Assembly: GCA_965644315.1 (NCBI GenBank)
Contig: CBFFRQ010000035.1
Span: 1 to 64,000, forward strand
Source of the DNA: Caecitellus pseudoparvulus
Lineage: Eukaryota > Protista > Bigyra: Bicosoecida
Direction: 5' to 3'
Length of the DNA stretch: 64,000 nucleotides
Position numbers and translations under genes: made by a program. Positions within the stretch are counted from its first letter, which is position 1, and each line of letters opens with the position of its first letter. Below the pieces are notes generated by a model that saw nothing but the letters and a program-made list of their open reading frames with translations, did not search any database and was not told where the DNA came from. Below, one piece after another: positions 51,567 to 64,000 of this stretch.

Positions 51567-53657
51567 TCAGTCGCCCCCTGCTCGGGCACTGATGGCTTTG
51601 AGGGCCTCGACGGGGTCGAAGGAGGCCGCGGAGCGCACCTCCTCGGGGCTGGGCATGGCGCCGGCGCGGAACAGCTCGAGGCAGGCGACCGCCTTGGGAT
51701 CATCGTTCACCGTCACGACGCCAGTGATGTGGTCATCAGTGACGTAATACGCCGTGAAGACGGGCTTGCCGCCCAGCTGCGCGTCGGGCGTGCCGTGCCA
51801 GATGGTGTCCGTAATACGCCGGGCGTGCCCCGCGTACCGCACCGACATGCCGAAGAGGCCTGTCCAGAAGAACGGCACGACGTCGTATGCGACGCGCTTG
51901 CCCAGCATGTTGCGTGCAGCGATGCGGCCGTGGTCCATGGCCACGTCGTAGTGCTCAATGCGCAGGGAAGCCGTCTCGGGGCCCTTGGAGTGGGCGAAGG
52001 GGAAGTGCGCGACGTCCCCTGCCACGTAGATGTCGCCGCTGGCGTGGGCTGAGAGGAATTCATCGCAGATGACGCCGCCGCCCTGACGAGGCTCGGCCGT
52101 GGTGATGCCCTCGGCGCCCTCCAACCAGGCGGTTGCCGGGATGATGCCAGCGCCGATGATGACGATGTCCGCGGGCAGGACGGTGCCGGACCGCAGCTCC
52201 AGCTCCGCGACGGCCGACTCGTCTTCCTCCGCAGCGACAAACTCAGTGACGGTGTCCTGCATGTGGAAGGCGACGCCCTCCTTCTCTGCCCGCTGCCGGA
52301 CGATGGAGCCCACCTGCTTGCCCAGCACGCGCTCGAAGGGCTCCTCCTCCATGCCCACCACGGTGACACTGCCCACGGCAGGGGGGGCTGCGCCACGAGA
52401 CTTGGTGCGTTTGATGAAAAAAGCAGCCGCCTCCATGCCGATGAAGGAGCTGCCCACCACGACGATGTTCTTCTTGGGCGCGCCCATGGCCAGGGCGGCT
52501 GTGATGCTGCGGACATCGGCGGCATCCCGCAGCACGAAGACACCCCGCAGGTCTGCGCCAGGCAGCTTGAAGGACTCCGAGCCGGCGAAGGTGCGCGCAT
52601 TACCGCCGGTGGCGATGAGCAGCTTGTCAAAGGCGAGCTCCTGGGCGGCGCCGTCGGCAGTGGTGATGTTCAAGGAGCGCTGGGCGGTGTCCAGGCTCAC
52701 CGCCTCAGTGGACAGCAGCACGTTCACCTCCAGCTCACCGTACCGGGCGGCCTTCAGCAGCACGGGCGCCTCCTCCTGCTCCTTGGGGGTGAAGGTCTTG
52801 CTCAGGGCGGTGCGGTCGTAGGGCAGGTCGGCCTCCTTGGTCACCAGCGTCACGCGGCCCTGGAAACCCTCAGCGCGCAGTGTCTCCGCCGCCACTGCAC
52901 CAGCAGGCCCGCCGCCGACGATGATGAAGTGCCGGCCGTCCTCAGCGGCACGGTGGGCAGTGTCCTGTGTGCGCTTGAGGGGCACGGCAGGCTTGCCGGC
53001 AGCGTCCCGAGGCAGGTCCACGTGCACGCGGCCGTTGGAGACGGTGGTGGGGAAGGAGTGCATAGCCTCGCACACGGGCCCGTCCTCGATGTCGCCGGTG
53101 GAGACGTTGAAGCGAGCTGCGTGCCAGGGGCACACGACACAGTCGCCGGCCAGGACACCCTTGGCCATGGAGGCGCCCTTGTGGCTGTGCGGGGCAAGGG
53201 GGGGCAGGGAGCGTGGGGTGATTGCGCGGTCGTTGATGGGGCGCAACGCTAGCGAAACGCACGGACACTTGGCTGACAGGGCCTTGAACTCGCCCTTGTC
53301 GGTCTGAACAAAGGGATGGCGGGGCGGAAGTGGTGCACCGTGCGCAGGAGTGCCCTGCTGCACCACTCACGTGCACGACGAGGATCTTTGCCTTGCTGTC
53401 TGGGACGGAAACCTCCTTCATGGAGCCTCGCGGAATAGCGGACACTGCCGCGACATCAACCAGGCTGTTGGCCGAGAACATGAACTGCGACAGGGGCGGA
53501 CAGTGAGACGTCTTGCATGCAGGTGTCGCAGCACTCCCTGGCACGGTGTGGCTTGGGCAGCACGCACCTGGAAAACGCCAGCGGCCACGACGACCACTGC
53601 CACAACGGCTGCCACGAGGAAGGCATGCTCCTCGAGCAGAGCGAGGATGTCTTCCAT
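51567..53657 (-). CDS. AIFM3-like Rieske [2Fe-2S] + FAD/NADH oxidoreductase with N-terminal membrane anchor; exons 53657-53568, 53484-53371, 53303-53263, 53184-51567 (620 aa)
   Basis: After splicing, Rieske CPH..CPWH. Also IIVGGGPAG, LPYDRTALSK, LIATGG, VVVGSSFIGME, IYVAGDVA, RIEH, VPFFWT. Three GT-AG introns close the frame. Confidence 0.9.
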
Positions 53658-53882
53658 GGTGGGTGGGTGGGGCTGGGATGGCACGCACACTATGCACCAA
53701 GGCTCGGGGAGGGAGCCGAAGCACGTGCTGGTTGGGGGAGGATCGTGGATTTGTCGCAGGCATCGCAAAGGGAGCCGTGTCCGCTCGACCGGGCGCACCC
53801 CTGCCCACGCACCACAAGGTCAGCCACGAGCAGACACGCCTGTCAAGCCCGCACAATCACGAAATTGAATCCTTCGCCTTGG

Positions 53883-55262
53883 TCATTGAATTTCACAGCC
53901 CCGACCTCCTTGCGCCCTCACTCCGCTCCAGATGCCAGCCCATGCGCTTGCCCGCTTCTCACTGACCGGCACAGCTTCCCAGTGCACATCAACCATGAGG
54001 AGTGCACGGCTCGTGCAGACGACCATGAGGCGGGCATACTCTTTCTGAAAGTCAGGGGCGCCAAGAGCAAGGTCGCCGCCGCCCTCCAGACCCGCTTCCT
54101 TGTCCAACCCTGCGCTCATCTCTCTCCCAGGTGGCTTGAGATACAGCAGTGTGGAGCGATTAATGACTTTTCTCAAGTTGAATGGCGTCCACTTCAGCCA
54201 CTCGATTACCTCTGGCAGACTCACCAGGCTTGTGAGCATGCTGTCCGGCTCCAGAGCAGTCCTCCGCGGAGGAGTCGAAGGCAAGCTGACACGATACGTT
54301 GAGCTGACCACAAACTCCCTCCTGGACTGTGCCCACAGCACATGCAGGAGCACTCGTGATGGCCGGAGCTCGTACTTGCTCCGCTGGTGCACGACCCAGT
54401 TCAGTGGCAGCCGGTGCAGCAACAATGCAGATCTTAAAGCGAGCACCTCGGCGAGGTGGGCAGGCTTCAGGCCCTCTTTCGCCGCCTTCATGAGGACATC
54501 AAAGCATAGTATGCCAGATTTGTCCGAGTGTTGCACCACACCATCTGCAATGCACTCCACCGCGCCTTGCCTCCACACAGGCCGGGGCAGTGGCCAAGCG
54601 CAGACGAGATCCAGATCTACAACCCTATCAAGGATGACTTTTTCGTGGTCTTCCGCCAGCTGAACTCCACCCCACGTGCTGTCAGGGCACTCTTCACACA
54701 GGCACTCGCTAGCCCGTGTCATGACGTCGTTCAGAAGGTCCACCGCGACCATCTGGAATTTCTTCAGCACTACGCATTTCTGAACGCTTCCTCTCACGCC
54801 GAATGCAAAGGCCATGTGTTCGATGTCCTCCCCCAGCTGCACAACTGCTCGGCAGCAAGCCAAGGCCAGCTGGACATGCGTCACCGCTGCGTGGCAGTGT
54901 GGGACGAGGAGGCTCCCTGTGGCGTCAGCGGCTACGCCCAGAAGTTTGGCTTGCAGCGCAGCTGCCGCGCCCTGCTCGGGGAGAATGACTGACGCGCTCC
55001 CCGTGTTTGAAGAGTGCAGTGGTGCATCCAGCACACACACTGTTTCAGGAAGTGCGTACAGAAGGTCGCGAAGCACACGACCCGGCAGCTCCTTGGCTCG
55101 GATTTCGCCCAGCAAGCTCTCAAACTGGGCTCGCCAGCTGCACGGGACGTGCACGGGCGCCTGAACGCCCTCCAGAGGAGTGTCTTCGGACGTTGTCGAG
55201 GGATTCTTGTACTCTTGGAGGAAGGGGTGTGACTCCTTCTTGTCTGTGCACTCGGCGGCCAT
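53883..55262 (-). CDS. Hypothetical protein (~459 aa)
   Basis: ORF from GCAATGG (MAAECTDKKESHPF) filling the intergenic space. No motif recognised. Confidence 0.55.
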   Translation of the reverse strand: MAAECTDKKESHPFLQEYKNPSTTSEDTPLEGVQAPVHVPCSWRAQFESLLGEIRAKELPGRVLRDLLYALPETVCVLDAPLHSSNTGSASVILPEQGAAAALQAKLLGVAADATGSLLVPHCHAAVTHVQLALACCRAVVQLGEDIEHMAFAFGVRGSVQKCVVLKKFQMVAVDLLNDVMTRASECLCEECPDSTWGGVQLAEDHEKVILDRVVDLDLVCAWPLPRPVWRQGAVECIADGVVQHSDKSGILCFDVLMKAAKEGLKPAHLAEVLALRSALLLHRLPLNWVVHQRSKYELRPSRVLLHVLWAQSRREFVVSSTYRVSLPSTPPRRTALEPDSMLTSLVSLPEVIEWLKWTPFNLRKVINRSTLLYLKPPGREMSAGLDKEAGLEGGGDLALGAPDFQKEYARLMVVCTSRALLMVDVHWEAVPVSEKRASAWAGIWSGVRAQGGRGCEIQ

Positions 55263-55997
55263 TGCAGAGGCTGCGTTGCCAGGCCAAATTCCGCAGCGGC
55301 ACCCGAAACGCGAGGCTGGCACAGAGCCTGGGCTGGACAGGCGGCCCTGACGAGTCCGTAGTGCATGTTTGGTGAGTGAAGCGTGTGGCATGCGTTTGGC
55401 ATGTGGGCGGAGGTTTCTTTTGCGTGCTGTAGTCAAGGCTGCCAACCATCCAGTGGCTTGCAGTGACCCAGTGGAAGCACCTGGCAGGCGCGTCGCCCCC
55501 TGCTGCCACCTGGTACGGCAGGCGGACGACCAGCTTGTGCACCTGGGCGTCCCACATCTAAAGAGCTCCCCCGTTGTTCCCCGTCACCGGGTGGCTGCCG
55601 TCTGGCGTGAATGCCACGGCGAGGGCGAGGGCGCCGCGAGGTGCAGCTTGCCAGCGGTTGCCACAGCAGGGGAAGCACACTCCCCCATCCGATGGGATGT
55701 CCGGTATCTCAGCGACAAAGTCGCGAAAGTAGCTTCCTGGACCCCCCCAAGATCCCTGGTTAGGCGTGCCAGGTGGTTTGTATCCGGACTGCAACAGCAC
55801 TTCAAGAGCCACTGCACATTTCACTGCCCAACCACGCAGTGTCACAGCCTTGCCACCGCCATCTTCACACCTGAAGGACCTGCTGCTGCTGGGCCACCTG
55901 ACCCAGTGTCTGTTCCTCAGCTCCCTGCTTGCCCCCACCCTGCAGTTGGCTCGCCCTCTTCTGGCTTGGGCCACGGCCGGCGCCAGCCAAGGGCAGG

Positions 55998-57125
55998 ATG
56001 CTGCCCAGCACAGCAAGCTCAGGCCGAAAGGCCAGCTGTGGTGCATCTCCCTGTGTTCGGGCTTGTCGCGGGCTGCAGTGCTACCACACGCTGCTGTCGC
56101 CGTGGGTCGAAGTGGCGCAAGGGAAGCGCAGTCAAATTCCGCGCAGCACGCTGCTGCTCACAGCCGCCTGCGTTGCCCTGGTTGTGGCGGCGACGTATGC
56201 AGGAGCGTTCCTGTTCAGTGACGTCGTGTACTTTCAGCTGCACGAGGCGGTTGTGGCTGTGTCCTCTGTGCTGGGCACTTCCTCCACCCGTGCCGCTCAG
56301 TGTGGGCAGTGGCCCAGCCACGGCTCTGAGGCTGCCGTCGGCGCCCTTGTGTCCAGCCCAGGAGCAGGCGCGCCCTCCGCCAAGCCGCGCATCGCCGTGC
56401 TAACGCTGTACTCGGGGCGGGCTTGGGAGTGGGCTGGCCGCCTCAGCGACGCCAACAAGGCTGCCTACTGTGCCAAGCACGGCTACACCTGCGTCAACGG
56501 CAATGATCTCGTAGACCCCTCCCGGCCCGCTGCCTGGTCCAAGCTGCTGGCAATCAAGCACTTCCTGCCTGACTTTGACTGGGTGTTCTACATGGACAGT
56601 GACACGTTCGTTATGAACGCCAGCGTGGGTTTGGAGGCGTTTCTGGACCGCCGGTATGACTTCATCGCCACCAACGACGGCAACGGCTTCAACTCGGGCG
56701 TCATGCTGGTGCGCAATACGGCCTGGTCCCTGCAGTGGTTGCAGGATCTGTGGGACCAGGACCAGCTGGTGTCGGGCAAGGGCCTCCCGTTCCTGTACGA
56801 GCAGCGCGCGTTTCACGCGTTGCTGTCAGCTGACCCGGCCTCGGAGGCAGCCCACGTGAAGTACCTGCCGCCCTGCGCCTTCAACTCCCAACTGCGCAAG
56901 AGTCCCTGGGATGCGTCGCAGTACAATGACGGCGACTTTGTCCTGCATTTCGCGGGGTACCACGGCCTGACCAAGGAAGTCATGTTGTGTCGGTACGCTG
57001 GCGTGCTGCACACGACCTGGTGCCCCTTCCCACCTGAGCTGCTGGCAGACGTGCCGGGCCGAGTGGTGCCGTACTGCAGTGCTGCGTTTGGGGAGCACAG
57101 CCACTTGCTGGGCCCCCAGAGGTGA
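55998..57125 (+). CDS. Glycosyltransferase family 34 (GMA12/MNN10-like), type II membrane protein; start uncertain
   Basis: NKAAYCAKHGY, WSKLLAI, DWVFYMDSDTFVMN (DxD), FNSGVMLVRN, YEQRA, FNS, GDFVLHFAG; N-terminal hydrophobic anchor. Confidence 0.88.
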   Translation: MLPSTASSGRKASCGASPCVRACRGLQCYHTLLSPWVEVAQGKRSQIPRSTLLLTAACVALVVAATYAGAFLFSDVVYFQLHEAVVAVSSVLGTSSTRAAQCGQWPSHGSEAAVGALVSSPGAGAPSAKPRIAVLTLYSGRAWEWAGRLSDANKAAYCAKHGYTCVNGNDLVDPSRPAAWSKLLAIKHFLPDFDWVFYMDSDTFVMNASVGLEAFLDRRYDFIATNDGNGFNSGVMLVRNTAWSLQWLQDLWDQDQLVSGKGLPFLYEQRAFHALLSADPASEAAHVKYLPPCAFNSQLRKSPWDASQYNDGDFVLHFAGYHGLTKEVMLCRYAGVLHTTWCPFPPELLADVPGRVVPYCSAAFGEHSHLLGPQR

Positions 57126-57159
57126 CGGCGAGTCTGGGAGTCAGCGTCGGCGTCATGGG

Positions 57160-58573
57160 TCACACCATCCCGTGGGACGGTGACCCCTCCAGCGCCCCGC
57201 CGCCCACCATTTGCGCTGTCGCAGCCAAGCTGTGGTGCTTGCTGCGCTGGGCGATGTACGCGTCCAGAGCTGCCGTCAACCAGCGGGTACGGGCTGGCCC
57301 AGCGCCCAGTGCAGGCGCACCCTCGCCGCCCACGAATGCATCCTCCGCCTGCAGGCTGTCCGTGTCTGCCGCCTCCGCCGCCCCCTCCAGCTGGCTCTGC
57401 AGGGCAGTGGGGACGAAGCGCGCCTCAATGCTGCGCTTGCGCTCCTCCATGGCGCGGGCCGTGTCCTCCAGACGAGCCACCGCGGCGCGGCGTGCCTCGG
57501 CCTCCTCGCGTTTCTGGCGCAGGCCGTCCTCCTTGCCCGCGTTGGCGAGACAAGCGGCCAGGTTCTCCTGCTTCAGGCCCTTGAGCATGTCTCGGAACAG
57601 GCGCACGGTGTCCTGCCCGTTCACGAAGGCGGCCCGGGTGATGTCGTCTGCCTCCAGCACCATCAGCTCTGCCAGCTTCATGTGCTGCAGGGCGGGGAAG
57701 GAGGAGGGGATGGGGGGCATTTGGGTGTGCAGGGTGCCTGCTTCGTGCCCACTGCCGCCAGGGCGGTCACCCCCCGACGCCGGCGGCGTGGCTGGTGCAG
57801 GGTCGGTGCGCGGCGCAGGGCTGTGTCCAGGCCAGCCGGCGGCTCCAGCGCCAGCACCAGCGCCGGCATGTGCGGCGGCGTAAGGAGGCATGGAGCCGCC
57901 TGGCATGCCATGCGGTGGCTGTCCAGGGATTGGCTGGGGCATGTGGTGGGGCTGGCTCGCCGGGTACCCGCTGCTGACAGCTGGCTGCGCTGGTGGCAGC
58001 GGCTCGGCGGTGGGTGCCAAGTCCATGAAATGCCGCATGATGCCCAGAATCACGGGGCCCAGCGGCACCGTCGCATTCCACTGCCTTAGGGCATCGCAGC
58101 CCACCACGACGTGGTTGACATCCAACCACGGGTGTCGCAGGCGGTGTCCTGGCAGCAGCAGCTGTGCAGGGGCGTGGGCAGCATGGCGTGGCGGGGTGGT
58201 GAGGAGCTTTCGCAGCAAGAGCCGCGCACCTGCAGCACAGGCGGTTCTTGGGGAAAGCGTGGGGGCAGAGTGCTGCAAAGGCAGGCGGAAGAGGGGGAGG
58301 TGGGGAGCATGTCGCTGGCCCGCAGCAGGCAGCCTTGCAACTCCTCACATCTGCACTGTGCAAACTTGGTCTGTGGCTCGCAGCTTGAGACCCAATGCGT
58401 ACACATTGGGGCCGCGCTCAGCCAGGTACGTGTTGTCCCGCTTCACAGAAGCAATGTGCTGCGCCGCTCTGTGCAGGAAAGCGCCAACATCCAGTGTCTG
58501 GTTGAGCGCACAGGCGTTGGGCCGCTCTGCGCAGGGTGACTAACGTGAGCGGCCTCGCCCGGAATCCAAACAT
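57160..58573 (-). CDS. VPS37: ESCRT-I subunit VPS37A-like (UEV-like N-terminus, Mod(r) C-terminus); exons 58573-58545, 58468-58349, 58272-58230, 58161-57160 (397 aa)
   Basis: Spliced ITLPPRFPQEPPVLQ..RHPWLD..LGPVI; IPSSFPAL; coiled coil; AAEAADTDS..EDAFVGG..YIAQRSKHH. Three GT-AG introns of 76, 76 and 68 nt close the frame. Confidence 0.8.
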
Positions 58574-59017
58574 GGTGAGCCCGGGGTTGATGGCAGCAGG
58601 GCCGTTCAGCACAGGCTGGTGTGCAGGCGCTGTGGCCTTGACAGGCACTGCAGATATGTGTACAGACAGTGTGCGAGGCGTGGTGGTGTGGGGTCTGGTT
58701 GGTTTTGTGAGGAACCTTCTCCGCGCCTGCCACGTGAAACGCAAGGAAAACGTCGGGCACACGAGGGGTGTCTGCGTTGCTCACCACACGAGCTTCACCT
58801 CACACAAGTCAGCACCATTTCAAAACACACACGCCAAATGTCTCTCTTCCGCCCCCCTCCGCTTGCTCTCTGCTTCGCTCCGTTGAGCCAGCAGGGCTTG
58901 CCACGCAACTCCCACCTCAGCAGCGCACTTGTCCGCCCGGCGGAGAAGGCGCTCTTTGGTCCCCCAGCCGCCGCAGCAGCGCCAAGCGCACTGTTGTCTC
59001 GTGGCTCAGAGTACTCC

Positions 59018-61208
<2,191 letters not shown>

Positions 61209-61325
61209 GCGTGCGTGCTGCGCTACGCTGCGTTGACCCCGCCGGCACAAAAACCACAATGCAAAGCGCGCAGCCACAGCCCATTGCGAAGCGAAAGTGG
61301 GCAGAGCAGACCGCACACGTGCAAC

Positions 61326-64000
61326 ATGGCGAATGAAGTGCAGGCCATCACCCAGTTGCTGGGAGTGCCGCTGTGGAGCAGCAAGGGCGCAAGCCTCGCG
61401 ACGCTGCCCAGCGCCTTCCCAAATGCCGCAGAGCACTGTGCCGGCGTCATGCCGCTGTTGCTGGAGGAGCACCGGCACTCCCTGCGCCAGGCCCTGCAGA
61501 TGCTGCGACCAGTGACGGCACCATACCATGTGCGTGTGCAGGAGGTGGTGGTGGACGGCAAAGGGCCGGTGCACGGCGAGGAGGGGCTGCAGACAGTCAT
61601 GCGAGCAAGCTGCGTCGTGACGGGCGGCAGCAACGCTTCCTCAGCCGCCTGCGCCGCCCCCTCTGACGAAGAGGGCAAGACCATCTCCAGTGGGAAGCCC
61701 ACTGCGACCCTGCGCAACTACAGCCTCGTGCTGCTCAGCCGGGACAACGTGCTGCCGGGGGAGAGAATCAGCAGCGCTGCAGGCTCGGCGTGGTGCTTGG
61801 GCTTGGTGGCTGGCAGGCCGTACAGCTGTCGAGTTGGCGTAGCAGCAGTGGAGGGAGGCACTGGAGTGTCGCCTCCTGGTGGCCAATGCTCCGTGTACGC
61901 GCTGGACTCTGCGCTGTCGGCGGCGGTGGAGGCTGGGCGAGGGCCAGCGCAAGGCGGCGTGAAACGCAGGCGAAACTCCACTCGCGCGGACGGCGAATGG
62001 TTCATGTGGGAGCTGGGGCACGCCGTCACAGCCTTGCGGGAAGTGCAAGCGTTGCACGCGCTGCCCAAGGCAGCCCACCCGTCCCTGGTGCACGCCATCG
62101 TCTGCGGCAAGCCCCAAGTGTCCGCCGGCGTCCTGCCCTTCCAAGTGGATGTGAGGCGCCTGTTCGTGGATGCGGCGCTGCAGGCGCGCTTGGAGGCGGC
62201 GTTCACCCCGGCCCAGTTCCGAGCCATCATGGCCGCCGCGCTGCCCGGCGTGCACCAGCCCAGCACGCCGCCCATGGATGCGGCCGGGGACACCGCCCCT
62301 CCACCGCCCCTGTCCCCCGTCTGCCTCATCCAGGGCCCCCCAGGCACCGGCAAGACCACGACGCTGGTGGCCACCCTCAATGCCGTGCACGTGAATGCGT
62401 ACAACGCCTTCCACGAGACTCTGCTTCGAGGCACCAAGGCTGTGCAGGCGGCGCTGGCGCCACAACTCCAGGCAGGGCCCACCCCGCCAGGGGATGAGGC
62501 AGGGCCGGCGCCACCGCCCCCACCCACGCCCTCTGGTCCGTCAGTTGGGGACGCGCCCCCGCCGGATACCAAGCGCCCTCGCCCCAGTGTCCTGCGCCGG
62601 ACGGCCACCCCCCCCGGCCCCAGCGTCCTGCAGAAACTGCTCGCCACACAAGCTGGGAGCAGCCGGCACGGCTCGGGCGTGCAGAGGGCGAAGTACGCCT
62701 TGAAGCCGTCGCCTGGCCTGCTGCACTGGCTCATGCGCGACGAGTCTGCGCTGGCGGACATCGGCACCCTGGTGCGCGGCAGCCTCAGCACCAAGCCTCG
62801 CATGCTCATCGTGGCGCCCTCCAACACGGCTGTGGATAACATCATCCGGCGAGTCCTGTCCACGAAGTTTCAAGACGGCCATGGGATGCGGTACACGCCC
62901 CCCCTGCTGCGCCTGGGCCGCAGCAGTGACCCAGACGTGCGCCAGGCGGGCGTCGTCCTGCACACGCGGGTGGCAGCGTACATGGACATGCCCGATGACC
63001 GCCTGCTGGTGGCGGAACAGCGCCTGGCAAAGGATGTGCATGGATTGACTCAGGCGCTGGCCCAGCTGAAGCATGCGGCTGTCACGGAGTGCCGGCGGCA
63101 GGTGGCTGCTGCGTTGCAGAGGGGCGCTGGGGAGGAGGAACGGAGCGCTGTGGCGGAGGGCGTGGCGCAGGCACATGCTGGGCATTTGCTCGACCTGGCC
63201 AAGAAGCACTTTGCAGTGGCGGCTGAGTTGCGTCGGCTGAAACTGGTGCGAAGGTGCCGGGCCAGTGGCGTGCGCGCTGACGTCGGCGCCGCCCGTGATG
63301 CGCTACGGCAGGAGTGCCTGGCTGAGGCAGAGCTGGTGTTCGCGACGCTGTCCAGCTCCGCGCGATCTGAGATCGGCGAGTACACCGACGCCTCTGGCCT
63401 GGCCTTTGACGTCGTGGTGGTGGATGAGGCTGGCCAGTGCACAGAGGCGTCTAGCCTCGTCCCACTGCAGCACGGCGCCCAGCAGCTGGTGCTGGTGGGC
63501 GACCCGCAGCAGTTGCCAGCCACCGTGCTGAGCCGAGAGGCGGCCGAGGCGGGCCTGGACCGCAGCCTGTTCGCACGGCTGGCTGAAGCGGGTCACGTGG
63601 TGCACCTGCTGGACACGCAGTACCGCATGCACCCCGACATCGCAGCTTTTCCCTCACAGCACTTCTACGGGGGGCGCGTGGGCGATGCGGCCTCTGTGTG
63701 TGGGCCGGCAAGGCAGCAGCTGTGGCACGCCCTGCCCTTGATGGCCCCCCTGCGCCTGCTCAACGTCCGCATCGGCGCCGCTTCCACAGGCACCGGGGGC
63801 ACGTCTTACTCCAACCTAGCTGAGGCACGGGCGGCACTGGCGCTGGCGGCAGGTCTCATGGCGTGGCGGGGCAGCCGGCCCAAGCGGGAGACCGATCCCG
63901 CCGACGCACCGGACCCCGTGCCACTGCAGTTTTCAGGCACCATCGGCATCTTTACGCCGTACGAGGCGCAACGAGCGCTGCTGCGCAAGCTGTACAAGGA
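61326..64000 (+). CDS. SEN1/senataxin-like (UPF1/DNA2-NAM7 family) SF1 helicase, 3' truncated by the window edge
   Basis: Translated by eye, since the ORF track omits it (no stop in window): LIQGPPGTGKT, APSNTAVDN, FATLSSS, FDVVVVDEAGQ, LVGDPQQLPATV, SLFARL, LDTQYRMHP, IGIFTPYEAQ. Confidence 0.9.
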   Translation, partial: MANEVQAITQLLGVPLWSSKGASLATLPSAFPNAAEHCAGVMPLLLEEHRHSLRQALQMLRPVTAPYHVRVQEVVVDGKGPVHGEEGLQTVMRASCVVTGGSNASSAACAAPSDEEGKTISSGKPTATLRNYSLVLLSRDNVLPGERISSAAGSAWCLGLVAGRPYSCRVGVAAVEGGTGVSPPGGQCSVYALDSALSAAVEAGRGPAQGGVKRRRNSTRADGEWFMWELGHAVTALREVQALHALPKAAHPSLVHAIVCGKPQVSAGVLPFQVDVRRLFVDAALQARLEAAFTPAQFRAIMAAALPGVHQPSTPPMDAAGDTAPPPPLSPVCLIQGPPGTGKTTTLVATLNAVHVNAYNAFHETLLRGTKAVQAALAPQLQAGPTPPGDEAGPAPPPPPTPSGPSVGDAPPPDTKRPRPSVLRRTATPPGPSVLQKLLATQAGSSRHGSGVQRAKYALKPSPGLLHWLMRDESALADIGTLVRGSLSTKPRMLIVAPSNTAVDNIIRRVLSTKFQDGHGMRYTPPLLRLGRSSDPDVRQAGVVLHTRVAAYMDMPDDRLLVAEQRLAKDVHGLTQALAQLKHAAVTECRRQVAAALQRGAGEEERSAVAEGVAQAHAGHLLDLAKKHFAVAAELRRLKLVRRCRASGVRADVGAARDALRQECLAEAELVFATLSSSARSEIGEYTDASGLAFDVVVVDEAGQCTEASSLVPLQHGAQQLVLVGDPQQLPATVLSREAAEAGLDRSLFARLAEAGHVVHLLDTQYRMHPDIAAFPSQHFYGGRVGDAASVCGPARQQLWHALPLMAPLRLLNVRIGAASTGTGGTSYSNLAEARAALALAAGLMAWRGSRPKRETDPADAPDPVPLQFSGTIGIFTPYEAQRALLRKLYK

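Overview
GC-rich, gene-dense eukaryotic DNA from a protist-like genome; the lineage cannot be fixed from sequence alone. Introns are mostly short GT-AG (66-118 nt; donors mainly GTGCGY/GTGAGT/GTACGT), and all twelve spliced models I built by eye close in frame. About 21 genes: a degenerate P-loop NTPase, glutaminyl-tRNA synthetase, a divergent Rab-like GTPase, TRM112, a DUF389 protein (apparent frameshift), an LMF-family protein, a 4863-aa VPS13-like protein, a GNAT-PhzF fusion, a tandem array of SRCR-domain receptors (3 intact genes plus 1 truncated copy), SPT6, BDP1-like, two orphans, an AIFM3-like Rieske/FAD oxidoreductase, a GT34 glycosyltransferase, VPS37-like, an atypical TKH MAP kinase with a Gly-Thr repeat in its activation loop, and a SEN1-like helicase running off the end. 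Two signals stand out. (1) The SRCR array at 31.2-40.4 kb shares one near-identical, intron-containing SRCR cassette across otherwise divergent receptors, in a mosaic pattern that suggests gene conversion. (2) The hexamer AATGCA lies at or within 80 nt of 12 of 19 stop codons, and its palindrome AATGCATT sits between two convergent gene pairs, making it a candidate non-canonical polyadenylation signal. All assignments are by motif recognition; no searches were run.
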